A DNA stretch of 64,000 nt. Source: an uncultured Gemmatimonadaceae bacterium. GTDB taxonomy: Bacteria; Gemmatimonadota; Gemmatimonadetes; Gemmatimonadales; Gemmatimonadaceae. This document shows positions 53,076-63,946 of this stretch, one piece after another. The notes under the pieces were generated by a model. It saw only the letters and a program-made list of their open reading frames with translations. It searched no databases and was not told where the DNA came from. The stretch lies in NCBI GenBank assembly GCA_963781585.1, contig CAWAGQ010000007.1:422886-486885 (forward strand). The letters are read 5' to 3'. How positions within the stretch are numbered: position 1 is the stretch's first letter; each line of letters starts with the position of its first letter. The translations under genes and the position numbers were made by a program.

Positions 53076-53798
53076 TGCAACTGCGAACACTTAATGCCGG
53101 CGGTATGCAGGAGGCATCGCGCATCCTCGATTCAATACGCGAAGGCGACGAATCGAACGTTCCGCAGGATTTTCTCAGGAACGATCGCTATTCAACTGCC
53201 GTGGGAAAGCAGGTCACGCGGCCAAAGGTGGGAGAGCTCCCCACCAGATGGCACCTCGGGCTGTGGTTGTATAGTTTGCTCGAGGTTGCGATTCCGGAGC
53301 GTGATCTCTTCGGTGACCCGGGCATTGTGGTCTTGGCTAGCGTTCTTTCTGTTTGATACCATTTGTCCGGAGCGCGACGGCGCTCGCAAGCTCGCCGAGG
53401 ACGCTAAGTACATCCTGAGCAAGGGCGATTATCGCAAGGCGTACCGCCATCTTGGTGTCCGGACCCTACTACATGATCCGGGCGCACAACGAGTCTCCGG
53501 CGGACGTCCGCGCTCTGCTGAGCAACCCCCCGGAGTCGCCGGGTAACATGTACGAGCAGCTGGCATCCCGAAAGCAGATCGTGACAAGCGCCGCCGCCAT
53601 GCGAATTGCGAACGAGATGTACTGGGACGCGCGAGGAGGGCGGGTTCGTCGGGGAGCAGCCGGTGCCGGGGCCGGAAGCGCGCGCAGATACGCCAATGTT
53701 CTCATGCAGTACGATGTGACGCACGACATCTATGCCATCAGTGCGGCACACCTTCGGGAGCTCCTGCCACCCGAGTTCGACCACTTGTCCGGAGTTGA
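53075..53798 (+). CDS. Hypothetical protein, third gene of the GHKL operon (two frameshifts; end approximate)
   Basis: ORFs 53075, 53094 and 53452 join as ...[18 protein letters not shown]...YRHL/VSGPYY...LLPPEF. Confidence 0.6.
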
Positions 53799-54063
53799 GC
53801 CTTCGTGGGCTGCAGCTTGCTGCATGGACCCTGTCCAAGCGGGATTCCCAGCCGCGAGCAAAGCGGTCGGGCGATCACGCGATGGCCAGAGCGCACTGAG
53901 GTTTGCGCGAATCGGCGACGGTCCTTGGCTCGCAGGCCGTTGTGATCAACTATTGATGAGAAGACCCGGAGTCTGGGGTCGAGTGGAGTGCCCCGGTGGG
54001 GAGCGTCTCCAGCTCACCGTAAGTGGCCTTGCCGAAGGGACAAATCGGTGCCACATTGTCCCC

Positions 54064-55349
54064 ATGTCGTCCGTCCGAATAAATACCGGCAACGGAAGCG
54101 CTGCAGCTGAAGTCCGTGGCCTGCGGGCCCTTAGCGGGCTTTCGCAGCCTGCCTTCGCGGTGCTCGTTGACAGGTCGCTTCGCACGATCAAGCGCTGGGA
54201 AAGCGGTGAATGCGAGCCGGAACCGCTTGCACTACGGGAGCTTCGACGGCGATTCGTACGTGATGTCGACTCCATTTCGGAGCAGCCCTCCTTCCGTTTC
54301 GTCGACCTGTTTGCCGGCATAGGAGGCTTGCGACTGGGCTTCGAGGCGATCGGGGGGCAGTGCGTCTTCACTTCGGAGTGGGACGCCCACGCCCAGCGCA
54401 CGTATCGCGCGAACTTCGGCGATCACGACATTGCCGGCGACATCGTGGCGATCACCGCCTCTCGGATACCGGAACATGACGTGCTCCTGGCCGGGTTCCC
54501 CTGCCAGCCATTCAGCATCGCGGGTGTCTCGAAGAAGAACGCTTTGGGCAGGCCGCACGGATTTGAATGCGAGACCCAAGGAACGCTTTTCTTCGAGGTC
54601 GAGCGGATTCTTGCCGCGCATCGCCCGAAGGCGTTCCTTCTGGAGAACGTGAAGAACCTGCAGGGCCACGATGGCGGAAAGACCTTTGCCGTCATCATGC
54701 GCACTCTGCGAGAGAAGCTCGGATACAACGTATGGCATCGGGTGCTGAATGCACGCCCCTTCGTTCCCCAGCATCGCGAGCGGATCTTCATTGTCGGGTT
54801 CCGCGCGGACACCGACTTCAGCTGGGAGGACGTTGAACTTCCTCCTCGACCCGAGTGGCCAGTGCTGCGATCCGTCTTTCATCCGGAAGATGGGAGTGAG
54901 GCTGTCGAGGAGCGTTTCGTTGACGAGCATGGGCGGGTGCTGAAGAAGTATGTTCTCACAAAGCACCTCTGGACCTACCTCCAGAACTACTCGGCCAAGC
55001 ACCGCGCCAAGGGGAATGGCTTCGGTTTCGGTCTGGTCGGACCCGATGACATCGCGCGCACGCTCTCAGCACGCTACTACAAGGATGGCTCCGAGATTCT
55101 GGTGCGACGGCGGCGTGGCAACCCGCGCCGCCTCACTCCGCGCGAGTGCGCTCGACTGATGGGCTTCGATCGGGGCGTCCGCCACTGGCAGATCCCGGTT
55201 TCCGATACGCAGGCGTACAGGCAGTTCGGCAACTCGGTCGTCGTGCCGCTGGTGGAAGCGGTCGCGCGCGCGATGCGTCCCCATATCGTTGATGAAGTTG
55301 ACGGCCCGAAGCGGGAGCAACTGTCTCTGAGTTGGCCGCCGCGAACTGA
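54064..55349 (+). CDS. dcm: DNA (cytosine-5) methyltransferase, Dcm/M.EcoRII family, with N-terminal XRE-type HTH
   Basis: [50 protein letters not shown]; as assembled it reads in frame into vsr, so the end is inferred. Confidence 0.92.
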
Positions 55350-55350
55350 C

Positions 55351-55791
55351 GTGACGGACATCGTCGACCGCGCCACGCGCAGCCGGATGATGTCCGGCAT
55401 CGGCGGCAAGAACACCGCCCCGGAGCGTGCGGTGCGGAGCTCCCTGCATCGCCACGGACTGCGATTCAGGCTCCACCATTCGGATCTCCCGGGCAAACCG
55501 GATATCGTCCTGCCACGGTACAGGGCAGCCGTGTACGTGCACGGTTGCTTCTGGCATCGTCATCCGAGCTGCCGTCTGGCCTATATACCTTCATCCAATC
55601 GGACTTTCTGGATGCGCAAGTTCCGCGAGAACGTCGAGCGTGATCGACGGAATCTCCGTGACATCCGGAGGCTGGGCTGGAGGCCCTTCGTCGTCTGGGA
55701 ATGCAGCCTGACGCCCGGCCGGCTTAACAACTTGGCCCGGAGGATCACTTCAATCCGGCCAGCCGAGACAAGACGTGGCGGAAGACACTGA
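55351..55791 (+). CDS. vsr: Very short patch repair endonuclease
   Basis: RSRMMS, T.PE, LPGKPD, VHGCFWH, VWEC. Confidence 0.92.
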   Translation: MTDIVDRATRSRMMSGIGGKNTAPERAVRSSLHRHGLRFRLHHSDLPGKPDIVLPRYRAAVYVHGCFWHRHPSCRLAYIPSSNRTFWMRKFRENVERDRRNLRDIRRLGWRPFVVWECSLTPGRLNNLARRITSIRPAETRRGGRH

Positions 55792-57007
55792 ACTCACCGA
55801 CTGGTTCGACCACGTAACGGGCACCGAGTGGTTCTGGTACGTCAAGTATCTCTCGGCGAACGACACGTACGCCAAGAAGAACGTGCATCAAGGCGGCCCC
55901 TACATCTCGAAGGACGCGCTCAGGCTGCTGTTTCCGCGGCTCGAAAAGAGGGCGAATCGGGTTTCGAATCCGGACCTCACGCTTCCGGCAGAAGTCGACT
56001 CCCATGGGGCGTGGGACCTGACCCTGCGCTTGGTCTGGTACAACTCGAAGCGCCTCGGCCAGAAGAACGGCCGCGACGAGGCACGACTCACGAGATGGGG
56101 CGGACTCGACGCGCCCGTGGTGTCAGCCGGGTCGACGGGCTCGCTGACCATCTTCGCCTTCCACCGTGCCGGGCAAGCCGACTCGGATGGCCTGCGCGTC
56201 TGGGTTGCCCGCGACGGGGATGATCATGATCGCATTATCGATCGCGTCGGACCGGTCGAACCCGGAGCGGGCATACTCCTCACCGCGACAGGAATTCTTC
56301 TGGCTGAAGCGCCTCGGCTCGTCGACCGGCCCTGTCACCTGACCGAGAAGACCCTGCCACCAGGATGGAGACGCACTTTCCCCCCAGGCGAGGAGCTGAT
56401 CGGCCTCGTCGTAGCGAGCCTGCCGTCAGTGATAACGAAGGTCGAGGATGAGCGACTGCTTCTTCGCCGCGCGTGCGAGTACGAGATGTTCCGGTCGGTT
56501 GAGGAGTACCACGTCCTCCCCCGGCTGCAGGAGAAGTTCGCCACCGTCGACCTGTTCGTCGAATTCGCGCACATCGTCACGAATCGCCGGAAGAGCCGGT
56601 CGGGCAGATCCCTCGAGTTGCATCTTGCGAGGATCTTCGACGAGGAGAGTCTGTCCTACTCAGCGGGCAAGCACACCGAAGGACATCGCAGGCCAGACTT
56701 CGTCTTTCCGTCCATGGAGAAGTACTGGGATGGGCACTGGCCTGACGAGCGACTGCGAATGCTCGGAGCGAAGACGACGGTGAAGGACCGCTGGCGCCAG
56801 ATACTCAACGAAGCGCGCCGTGTCCAGACCAAGCACCTGTTGACGCTCCAGGAGGGTGTCTCGGAGGAACAGTTCCGGGAAATGCGCGAGTCGGGCGTCG
56901 CTCTCGTCGCGCCGAAGGCCCTCCACAAATTCTATCCGCAGGAGGTGCGCTCGCGTCTCACGACGCTGGCGGCATTCGTGAAAGAGACCCGGGCTGTCTG
57001 CGGTTGA
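55775..57007 (+). CDS. Type II restriction endonuclease, EcoRII family
   Basis: N-terminal KYLSANDT effector domain; [23 protein letters not shown]. Confidence 0.92.
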   Translation: MAEDTELTDWFDHVTGTEWFWYVKYLSANDTYAKKNVHQGGPYISKDALRLLFPRLEKRANRVSNPDLTLPAEVDSHGAWDLTLRLVWYNSKRLGQKNGRDEARLTRWGGLDAPVVSAGSTGSLTIFAFHRAGQADSDGLRVWVARDGDDHDRIIDRVGPVEPGAGILLTATGILLAEAPRLVDRPCHLTEKTLPPGWRRTFPPGEELIGLVVASLPSVITKVEDERLLLRRACEYEMFRSVEEYHVLPRLQEKFATVDLFVEFAHIVTNRRKSRSGRSLELHLARIFDEESLSYSAGKHTEGHRRPDFVFPSMEKYWDGHWPDERLRMLGAKTTVKDRWRQILNEARRVQTKHLLTLQEGVSEEQFREMRESGVALVAPKALHKFYPQEVRSRLTTLAAFVKETRAVCG

Positions 57008-57264
57008 TTGTGCTCTCATTTCTGAGCAGCTCGATGATCTTCGGTGATGCCGTAACCTCACGTACAGGCGGGAGGTGCGGCGGTCAGCCATTCACCGTGA
57101 TCGCTGGTGTCACGACTGGCTTCATCAGCACGCAATGCAGTTGAGGTAGACTTTCGGGGGTGCCTCGTGCCGCAACTGCTGCAAGGCGTCAATCGGCGCA
57201 GAGCCGCTCGGCGCCGCCCCGGACGGGCAGCGGCAGGACGGCGCTGATCAGCCTCGCGTCATCG

Positions 57265-58698
57265 TCATCTCGCCACGCCGACCGCTGGCGCGTCAGGCAG
57301 CGGCCCCAGCGGCGGCGCAAAGTCGAACCCGAAGAGCTTGGGATTCGCGCCGATCACCGCGGCGGCGACCACCCGTAACACGTAGTTGTACGTCTCATCC
57401 GGGATCTGGCGCCGGTGCTTCTCGAGCAGCGCCCAGAAGTTCCGTTCCGCCGGCGAGTCCGGCATCGACCGGATCAGGTTGCGGACCCGGGTCTCGCCCA
57501 TGTTGTACGAGGCCATCACGAGGAGCCCCGAGGCCTGCGCCTCGGTCGTGTACATGTCCTCGAGGTAGCGCGCTGCGGCCGCGGTGGACTTGGCCACGTC
57601 GTACCGCTCATCCGAGGGATCGTAGCTCGGCTCCCCTCGCAGGGGACCGAGCCGCAACCCGTACGATTCGGCCGTGGACGGGGTGAATTGCCACAGTCCC
57701 TTGGGGAATCCGAGACGCGTCGACGGCCCGACGGCCTTCGGATCGAACTTGCTCTCCTGCAAGGCAAGGTAGAAGAACTCGCGCGGCAGGTGGTGTTGCA
57801 GGAGGATACCGGATACCAGCGGGCCGAGCCTCTGCGTGTTGGCGCGCGCCAGGCTCGCCTCGAGATCCGCAGCCTTCCACCGGGCGATGTATTTGCGGAC
57901 TTCATTCACGAAGTCGCGAGGCACGGTGGCCTCGGATTCGCCCAGCCGGTGGACGATCCGGTAGATGAGCTGGACGTCCGCGGGGGTCCGGTCGCTGTAG
58001 ATGCCAAGCGTCTTGACGAGGTTCTCGTACTGCGTCTCGAGGCGCGCATGGCGCTCCTCGATCGACTTGTCGGGGCCGGATACCGCCTGCAGGCGCCGTA
58101 TGTCCAGCTCGAGCGACTTCATCGTGTTGAACACGGCGCCCGCGGTCTCGCGCAATTCGCGCACGCGGCGGGCCTGCACGACCGCGACGGCCGCCGCGCC
58201 GGCGGCGACAACCAGAAGCACCCCGACTGCCACGTGAAGGTGGCGTACGCGCCGCAACCACGACCTGATCTCCATCGCGCGGCTGCGCTGGACCGCCGCG
58301 CGGATCATCGCGGTGTACGACGACATTTGCTCCGGTGCCTCGGAGGCGAGAAACCGGTCCGCGATGTCCTTGGCAGAGACCCGGCGGGTCGGGGCCCGCC
58401 TGACGAACCCGGGAATGCTCACGCGCAGCTCGGGCCCGCCGGCTCCCAGGCGCACCATGTTCTCTGGGCCGAGCGCTGCGCGACTGACGTGTACGCCGTC
58501 GACGAACATCCCGTTCGTGCTGCCGAGGTCCACGACCTCCCACGCCTCGCCACTCTTCCGCAGTTCGAGGTGCTCGGCGCTCACCCGATCATCCTGCACC
58601 ACGACCCCGTTCGTGTCCGCGCGACCGACCCGAACGGTGTCCGTGAATCGAAGGACTTCAGTGTCACCGGGAACCAGAACGTGTATCTCGTTCGACAT
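57265..58698 (-). CDS. FHA domain - TM - lytic transglycosylase (SLT/MltD-like) protein
   Basis: VGR, VSAEH, DLGSTNG (FHA); TM; ALQES, GLWQF, ASYNMG, ET.NYV (SLT). Confidence 0.88.
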   Translation of the reverse strand: MSNEIHVLVPGDTEVLRFTDTVRVGRADTNGVVVQDDRVSAEHLELRKSGEAWEVVDLGSTNGMFVDGVHVSRAALGPENMVRLGAGGPELRVSIPGFVRRAPTRRVSAKDIADRFLASEAPEQMSSYTAMIRAAVQRSRAMEIRSWLRRVRHLHVAVGVLLVVAAGAAAVAVVQARRVRELRETAGAVFNTMKSLELDIRRLQAVSGPDKSIEERHARLETQYENLVKTLGIYSDRTPADVQLIYRIVHRLGESEATVPRDFVNEVRKYIARWKAADLEASLARANTQRLGPLVSGILLQHHLPREFFYLALQESKFDPKAVGPSTRLGFPKGLWQFTPSTAESYGLRLGPLRGEPSYDPSDERYDVAKSTAAAARYLEDMYTTEAQASGLLVMASYNMGETRVRNLIRSMPDSPAERNFWALLEKHRRQIPDETYNYVLRVVAAAVIGANPKLFGFDFAPPLGPLPDAPAVGVAR

Positions 58699-59011
58699 GT
58701 CATTCCCCGTCCGGGACTGGCGCGGGCGCCAGGTCGAGCACTGCGGGCACAGGTGCACGAATTGGGGTGTCCGCGCGGCCCGGCGAGCGACGCAGGCCGG
58801 CAGCCGACAGGGAGTTTGAGGACGAGGACGGCCGGAGACAACCCGAGCAGCCAGCCCCGTTGCCGGATTCGCCAGGTCAGGAGCTGCACGATAGAGCGCG
58901 TCTGCCTCCATTGGGCGGCGCACTCGCACAGGGCCGCCGTCCACGTCGCCGCCGCACCGTTGACGTTCCGGCATTGCGTGCGCCTGGGCCGCGATCGAAG
59001 TTCCGGCCGGG

Positions 59012-61408
59012 ATGACTTTTCGTGCGACGACTACTGTCAGGGCACAGCGATCGACGATTGCTCGTCCCGGTTCGGGTCATGGACTCCGGCGAGCCGCATG
59101 CCGGCCGCCTGTTCGACGCCTCACGATCGCGGTGGTCGTGGCCCTCGCATCGGCGCATCCGGCGCGCGCACAGGGCCCCATCATAGACGGTCCTGCTGCG
59201 CCGATTGCGCCCGAGGTGATCACGCGTAGCGCCGATGGCCGGGCCACGGTCCGCGCCATCAAGCTGACGACACCACTCAAGGTCGACGGCCGGTTCGACG
59301 AGGACGTCTACACGCGCGAAAAGCCCTTCGGGGGATTGATCCAGGTTGCGCCACACTACGGGGAGCCGCAGACGGAGCGCAGCGATGTGTGGATCACCTA
59401 CGACGACCACAATATCTACGTGTCGTGCCGGTGCTGGGACTCGGCGCCCCCCGACCAGTGGGTCGCGAACGAGCTCCGCCGCGACACGAACGGCTTGCGC
59501 CAGAACGACCACTTCGGCGTCATGTTCGACACCTTCTACGATCGCCGCAGCGGGTTCGCGTTCTACACCAACCCGTTAGGCGCGCGCGCCGACTACTCGG
59601 TCGTCGATGAAGGCGGCTCGAACTCCGACTGGAATCCGGTCTGGACCTCGAAGACCGGCCGGTTCGACGGGGGGTGGACCGTCGAGATGGCGATTCCCCT
59701 GAAGTCGATCCGCTATCACGCGGGCCCGAACCAGGTCTGGGGAATCCAGCTCCGACGCTCCATCAGGCGCAAGAATGAGTGGGCCTACCTGACCCCCGTG
59801 CCCCGGAGCCTCGCCGGGCCGCAGGCGTTGAACCGCATCTCGGCCGCCGGCACGCTGGTTGGCCTCGATCTCCCACCGGCCGGCAGGAACATCGAGCTCA
59901 AGCCGTATGTCGTGGGGCGGGTGACGACCGATCGGCTGCAGACCCCCGCCGTGACGAACGATGTTGGCGCCGAAGCCGGCGGCGACGCCAGATACGCCAT
60001 CACCCCAAACCTCACCGCCGACTTCACCGTCAACACCGACTTCGCGCAGGTGGAGATCGATGAACAGCAGGTCAACCTCACACGCTTCAGCCTCTTCTTT
60101 CCCGAGAAGCGCGACTTCTTTCTCGAGGGCCGGGGAATCTTCGACTTCGCGCGCGGCGGCACCGGCGCGACCGCCAGCGCCAATTCCACCGACACGCCCT
60201 ATCTCTTTTACACGCGGCGTATCGGTCTCGAAGGCGGGCGGGTGATCCCGATCAATGAGGGTGGTCGTCTCACCGGCAAGGTTGGCCCATACGCCATCGG
60301 GCTCATGAACATTCAGGCCGGACACGAGGCGGTGTCGCAAACCGACGCCACGAATTTCACGGTGGTGCGACTCAAGCGGGACGTGCTGCGGCGCAGTGCA
60401 ATCGGCGTGATGGCGACCAATCGGTCCCCATCGGACTCGGGTTCCGGTACGAACCAGGCATATGGAATCGATGGCAGCTTCTCGTTTTTCCAGAATCTGA
60501 GCTTGGGTACCTACTGGGCGCGCACCGCGACCACGGGATTGCATGGTGACGATCAGAGCTATCAGGGGCGGCTCGACTACAACGCCGATCGCTACGGGGC
60601 ACGGGCCGAGTTCCTGTCGGTCGGTCGGAATTTCAATCCGGAGATCGGCTTCACCCGCCGCACCGATTTCAGCCGATCGTATGCCCTGCTGCGCTTCAGC
60701 CCGCGGCCAGGCCGCATCAGCGGCATCCGCAAGTTCACGTGGACGGGATCGGCGGAGTACGTCGTGAACGGTGCGGGGTCCGTCGACGCGCGGGTGTGGG
60801 TTGGCCACTTCGGCACCGAGTTCGAGAGCAGCGATGAGTTGTCGTTCGACATCACGCGGGACTACGAGATGCTGCGCCAGCCGTTCACCCCCGCGGGCTC
60901 TTCCACACCCATCGCACCGGGCGGCTACACGGCCGACCACGCGTCCGCGACGTACGCCTTCGGCGCGCAGCGCCGCGTGTCCGGAACAATCTCCGTGCAG
61001 GGCGGAGAGTACTACGACGGCACGATCCGGAGCGTCACTATCGGTCCCGGTGGTGGGTTTCCGGGGCGGGTGTCGATCCTCAGGCAGTTGTCGCTCGAGC
61101 CGACGTTTTCGCTCACCCGTATCGTGCTGCCTGATGCGTCGTTCACTACGAGACTGGCGCGGGCGCGCGTTGACTACGCCTTCTCGCCGCTCATGTTCGC
61201 CAGCGCGCTGCTGCAGTACAACTCGGCCGACCACGCCTTCAGCACGAATCTGCGGTTTCGATGGGAATACGCGCCTGGCAGCGAGATCTTCCTCGTCTAC
61301 ACCGACGAGCGCGACATGACCAGCGACCGACTCGCCACGCCGACGACGATTCGCGGGCTCAAGAATCGGGCGTTCGTGGTGAAGGTCAATCGACTGCTGC
61401 GATTCTGA
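59012..61408 (+). CDS. DUF5916 / CBM9-like domain outer-membrane protein
   Basis: WTVEMAIP, NTDFAQVE.D, FPEKRDFFLEG, FYTRRIG; C-terminal Phe; start uncertain. Confidence 0.85.
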   Translation: MTFRATTTVRAQRSTIARPGSGHGLRRAACRPPVRRLTIAVVVALASAHPARAQGPIIDGPAAPIAPEVITRSADGRATVRAIKLTTPLKVDGRFDEDVYTREKPFGGLIQVAPHYGEPQTERSDVWITYDDHNIYVSCRCWDSAPPDQWVANELRRDTNGLRQNDHFGVMFDTFYDRRSGFAFYTNPLGARADYSVVDEGGSNSDWNPVWTSKTGRFDGGWTVEMAIPLKSIRYHAGPNQVWGIQLRRSIRRKNEWAYLTPVPRSLAGPQALNRISAAGTLVGLDLPPAGRNIELKPYVVGRVTTDRLQTPAVTNDVGAEAGGDARYAITPNLTADFTVNTDFAQVEIDEQQVNLTRFSLFFPEKRDFFLEGRGIFDFARGGTGATASANSTDTPYLFYTRRIGLEGGRVIPINEGGRLTGKVGPYAIGLMNIQAGHEAVSQTDATNFTVVRLKRDVLRRSAIGVMATNRSPSDSGSGTNQAYGIDGSFSFFQNLSLGTYWARTATTGLHGDDQSYQGRLDYNADRYGARAEFLSVGRNFNPEIGFTRRTDFSRSYALLRFSPRPGRISGIRKFTWTGSAEYVVNGAGSVDARVWVGHFGTEFESSDELSFDITRDYEMLRQPFTPAGSSTPIAPGGYTADHASATYAFGAQRRVSGTISVQGGEYYDGTIRSVTIGPGGGFPGRVSILRQLSLEPTFSLTRIVLPDASFTTRLARARVDYAFSPLMFASALLQYNSADHAFSTNLRFRWEYAPGSEIFLVYTDERDMTSDRLATPTTIRGLKNRAFVVKVNRLLRF

Positions 61409-61513
61409 GCCGTGATGCATCCCCGCCCGTGGACGCTTCGATGACCGCGAGGTACGGCCGGGTGAGCCGACGATTGAGTCCGAATGGAACGACCTGGCGA
61501 AGCGGTCGCGATA

Positions 61514-63946
61514 TCACTCCACCCGCAATGCCTCCGATGGCGCGATCTTCGCCGCGCGTCGCGCCGGCAGCAGCGAGGCAAGTACGGCGACGGCCAGGAA
61601 CACGATGGCGCCGCCGACGAAGGTGATTGGGTCGAATGCGCTCACACCGTACAGCAGGCTGGTCATCACCCTGCCCAGTGCGAGGGCCGCCGCGAGACCG
61701 AACACCATGCCCAACGCCGCGAGCGTGACCCCCTGACGCACGACCATCCCGCGAATGGCGCCTGCGGTGGCGCCCAGTGCCTGACGGATGCCCAGTTCCG
61801 CGGTGCGCTGCGTGACGGTGTACGAGATCACGCCGTAGATCCCGACCGACCCGAGGAACAGACCGACCAGCGCGGCGAGGGCGAGCAGCAACGTGGCGAA
61901 GCTGGTGCGGTTCATCGACCGGCTCACGAGCGCGCCCATCGTCTGTACGTCCGTGATCGGCAGCAGGGGATCGAGTTCGCGAATCTCGCGACGCACACCC
62001 GCGATGAGGGACTGCGGCGATCCGGTCGTGCGTACCGCGACCGACATCGCACGCACCCCGCCGCCGACCGAGTCCATCATCGGCATGTAGATGGTTGGTT
62101 CTGTCGCCAGCTCGAGCCCCAGCTGGTGCACGTCTCCGACCACACCGACGATCCTGGCCGGGGCGGAAGACGGCGCGACTCGTCGCCCGAGCGGACTCGA
62201 TTGGGGCCAGAACCGATTCTTCACGCCCTGGCTGATCACGGCCGTTCCAAGTCGCTGCTGGTGGTCGCGGTCTTCGAACGATCGACCCTCGATCAGCGGG
62301 ATCCGCAACGCTTCGAAATATCCGGGTGTGACGCGACGCACGTGGAACGTCGGCGGGAACTCGTCAGGCCCGGTCGGGTGGTCCTCGATCTCCGTGGCCA
62401 GGATCGTAGCGCCACCGCCGGACAGCGGCAGCTGGGTAACCGCGCCGGCAGCCTGCACGCCGGGGAGGGCGCGCAGGCGGCTGAGCAGCTGATCGTAGAA
62501 CTGCGACGTGGCCACTGGCGTGGCATAGCGACTGGGCGGTGGCGATAGCCGGAACGTCAGGAGCCCGTCGGGGGTGAATCCCGGCTTCACGGCCCGGAGC
62601 TCCTGAAAACTCCGCACCATCAAGCCGGCGCCGACGAGCAACAGCAGCGCCATCGCCACCTGCGTGACGACCAGCATCTGCCGGGCGCCGTGGCGTTCGC
62701 GACCGACCGTCGAACCGCGACCGCCATCACGCAGCGCGGTGACCATCCGGTACGAGAACGACCGGAGCGCCGGGAGCACGCCGAACAGCAGTCCCGACAA
62801 CAGACTGATGGCCAGCGTGAACAGCAGCACGCTGGGCGTGATGCCTATCTCGTGCAACCGCGGAATGGCCGCGGGGCCCAGCGACACCAGAAGCCGCGTG
62901 CCGAGGTACGCGAGCAGGGTCCCGGCCGCCCCGCCGGCGAGTGCCAGGACCAGACTCTCGACGACGACGTACCGCATCACCCGGCCGCGCCCCGCGCCGA
63001 GCGCGATCCGAACTGCCGTCTCGCGGGTGCGCCCTTCGGCCCGCAGCAGGAACAGATTGGCCACGTTGCTGCACGCGATGAGCAGCACGAACCCGACGGT
63101 GCCAAGCAGAACGAGCAGCGTCTGGCGGACGTCGCCGACGAGTTCCTCCCGGTACGAGCGCACGTACGCCCGGCCTGAAAATACGTTCTTCATCCACTGC
63201 GACGTGTAGCCGGCTTCGGGGAAACGCGCGACGAGGGCCTCGGTTTCCGCGAGGGCCGACCCCAGCGTGGCGCCCTTGGCCAGCCGCGCCACCGCGGAGA
63301 TGTGGTGGCCGCCGAAATTCGGACTGGCCGGGTCGAGCTGATAGGGGAGCCACACATCCACGTCGGGTGACGGAAAGTCGTATCCGTCGCGCATGATGCC
63401 GATCACCTCGCGGCGCCGGCCGTTCAGATCGATCGTCTTGCCGATGATTCCGGGTTCCGCACCAAATCGCGACTGCCAGAGCCGGTAGCTCACGAGCGCC
63501 ACCAGCGGCCCGTTCGGTGCGTCCTCCTCCGCTGACGGCAGGCGCCCCCGCAGGGGGGGGACCCCCAGCGCGTCGAACGCGCTCCGCGTCATCACGCCCG
63601 CGGTCACCTCCACCGGCGTTCCCTCGTCACCGACGAGCGGAATCTTCAGCGCGGTGTAGCCGCCGAACGGCTCGAAGCGCCGGCTCTTGTTCACGAAGTG
63701 CCAGTAGCCGCGGTCGGAAAAGGGGAGTTCGGGCACACCGCCGGGTGTCGCGTCGACGCTGATCGTCACGATGTTGTCCGCGTCCGGGTACGGCAGCGGC
63801 TGAATCAGCACCCCGTCGACCACCGAAAAGATGGCCGTGGTCGCGCCGATTGCGACCGCGAGCGTGAGGACGGTGACGATCGTGAACGCCGGGTTCTTCG
63901 CGAGGACGCGGAGGGCCATTCGGATGTCGCGCAGCAGCTCGGACAT
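61514..63946 (-). CDS. ABC transporter permease, duplicated MacB/FtsX (ADOP-type)
   Basis: DIRMALRVL, LLIACSNVANLFL, RTAELGIRQALGA, PSEALRVE. Confidence 0.92.
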   Translation of the reverse strand: MSELLRDIRMALRVLAKNPAFTIVTVLTLAVAIGATTAIFSVVDGVLIQPLPYPDADNIVTISVDATPGGVPELPFSDRGYWHFVNKSRRFEPFGGYTALKIPLVGDEGTPVEVTAGVMTRSAFDALGVPPLRGRLPSAEEDAPNGPLVALVSYRLWQSRFGAEPGIIGKTIDLNGRRREVIGIMRDGYDFPSPDVDVWLPYQLDPASPNFGGHHISAVARLAKGATLGSALAETEALVARFPEAGYTSQWMKNVFSGRAYVRSYREELVGDVRQTLLVLLGTVGFVLLIACSNVANLFLLRAEGRTRETAVRIALGAGRGRVMRYVVVESLVLALAGGAAGTLLAYLGTRLLVSLGPAAIPRLHEIGITPSVLLFTLAISLLSGLLFGVLPALRSFSYRMVTALRDGGRGSTVGRERHGARQMLVVTQVAMALLLLVGAGLMVRSFQELRAVKPGFTPDGLLTFRLSPPPSRYATPVATSQFYDQLLSRLRALPGVQAAGAVTQLPLSGGGATILATEIEDHPTGPDEFPPTFHVRRVTPGYFEALRIPLIEGRSFEDRDHQQRLGTAVISQGVKNRFWPQSSPLGRRVAPSSAPARIVGVVGDVHQLGLELATEPTIYMPMMDSVGGGVRAMSVAVRTTGSPQSLIAGVRREIRELDPLLPITDVQTMGALVSRSMNRTSFATLLLALAALVGLFLGSVGIYGVISYTVTQRTAELGIRQALGATAGAIRGMVVRQGVTLAALGMVFGLAAALALGRVMTSLLYGVSAFDPITFVGGAIVFLAVAVLASLLPARRAAKIAPSEALRVE

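Noticed and set aside
50435..57007. Avoidance of CCWGG sites in the R-M island
   Set aside because: Several CCAGG/CCTGG sites are present inside and outside the island; no depletion is evident without counting
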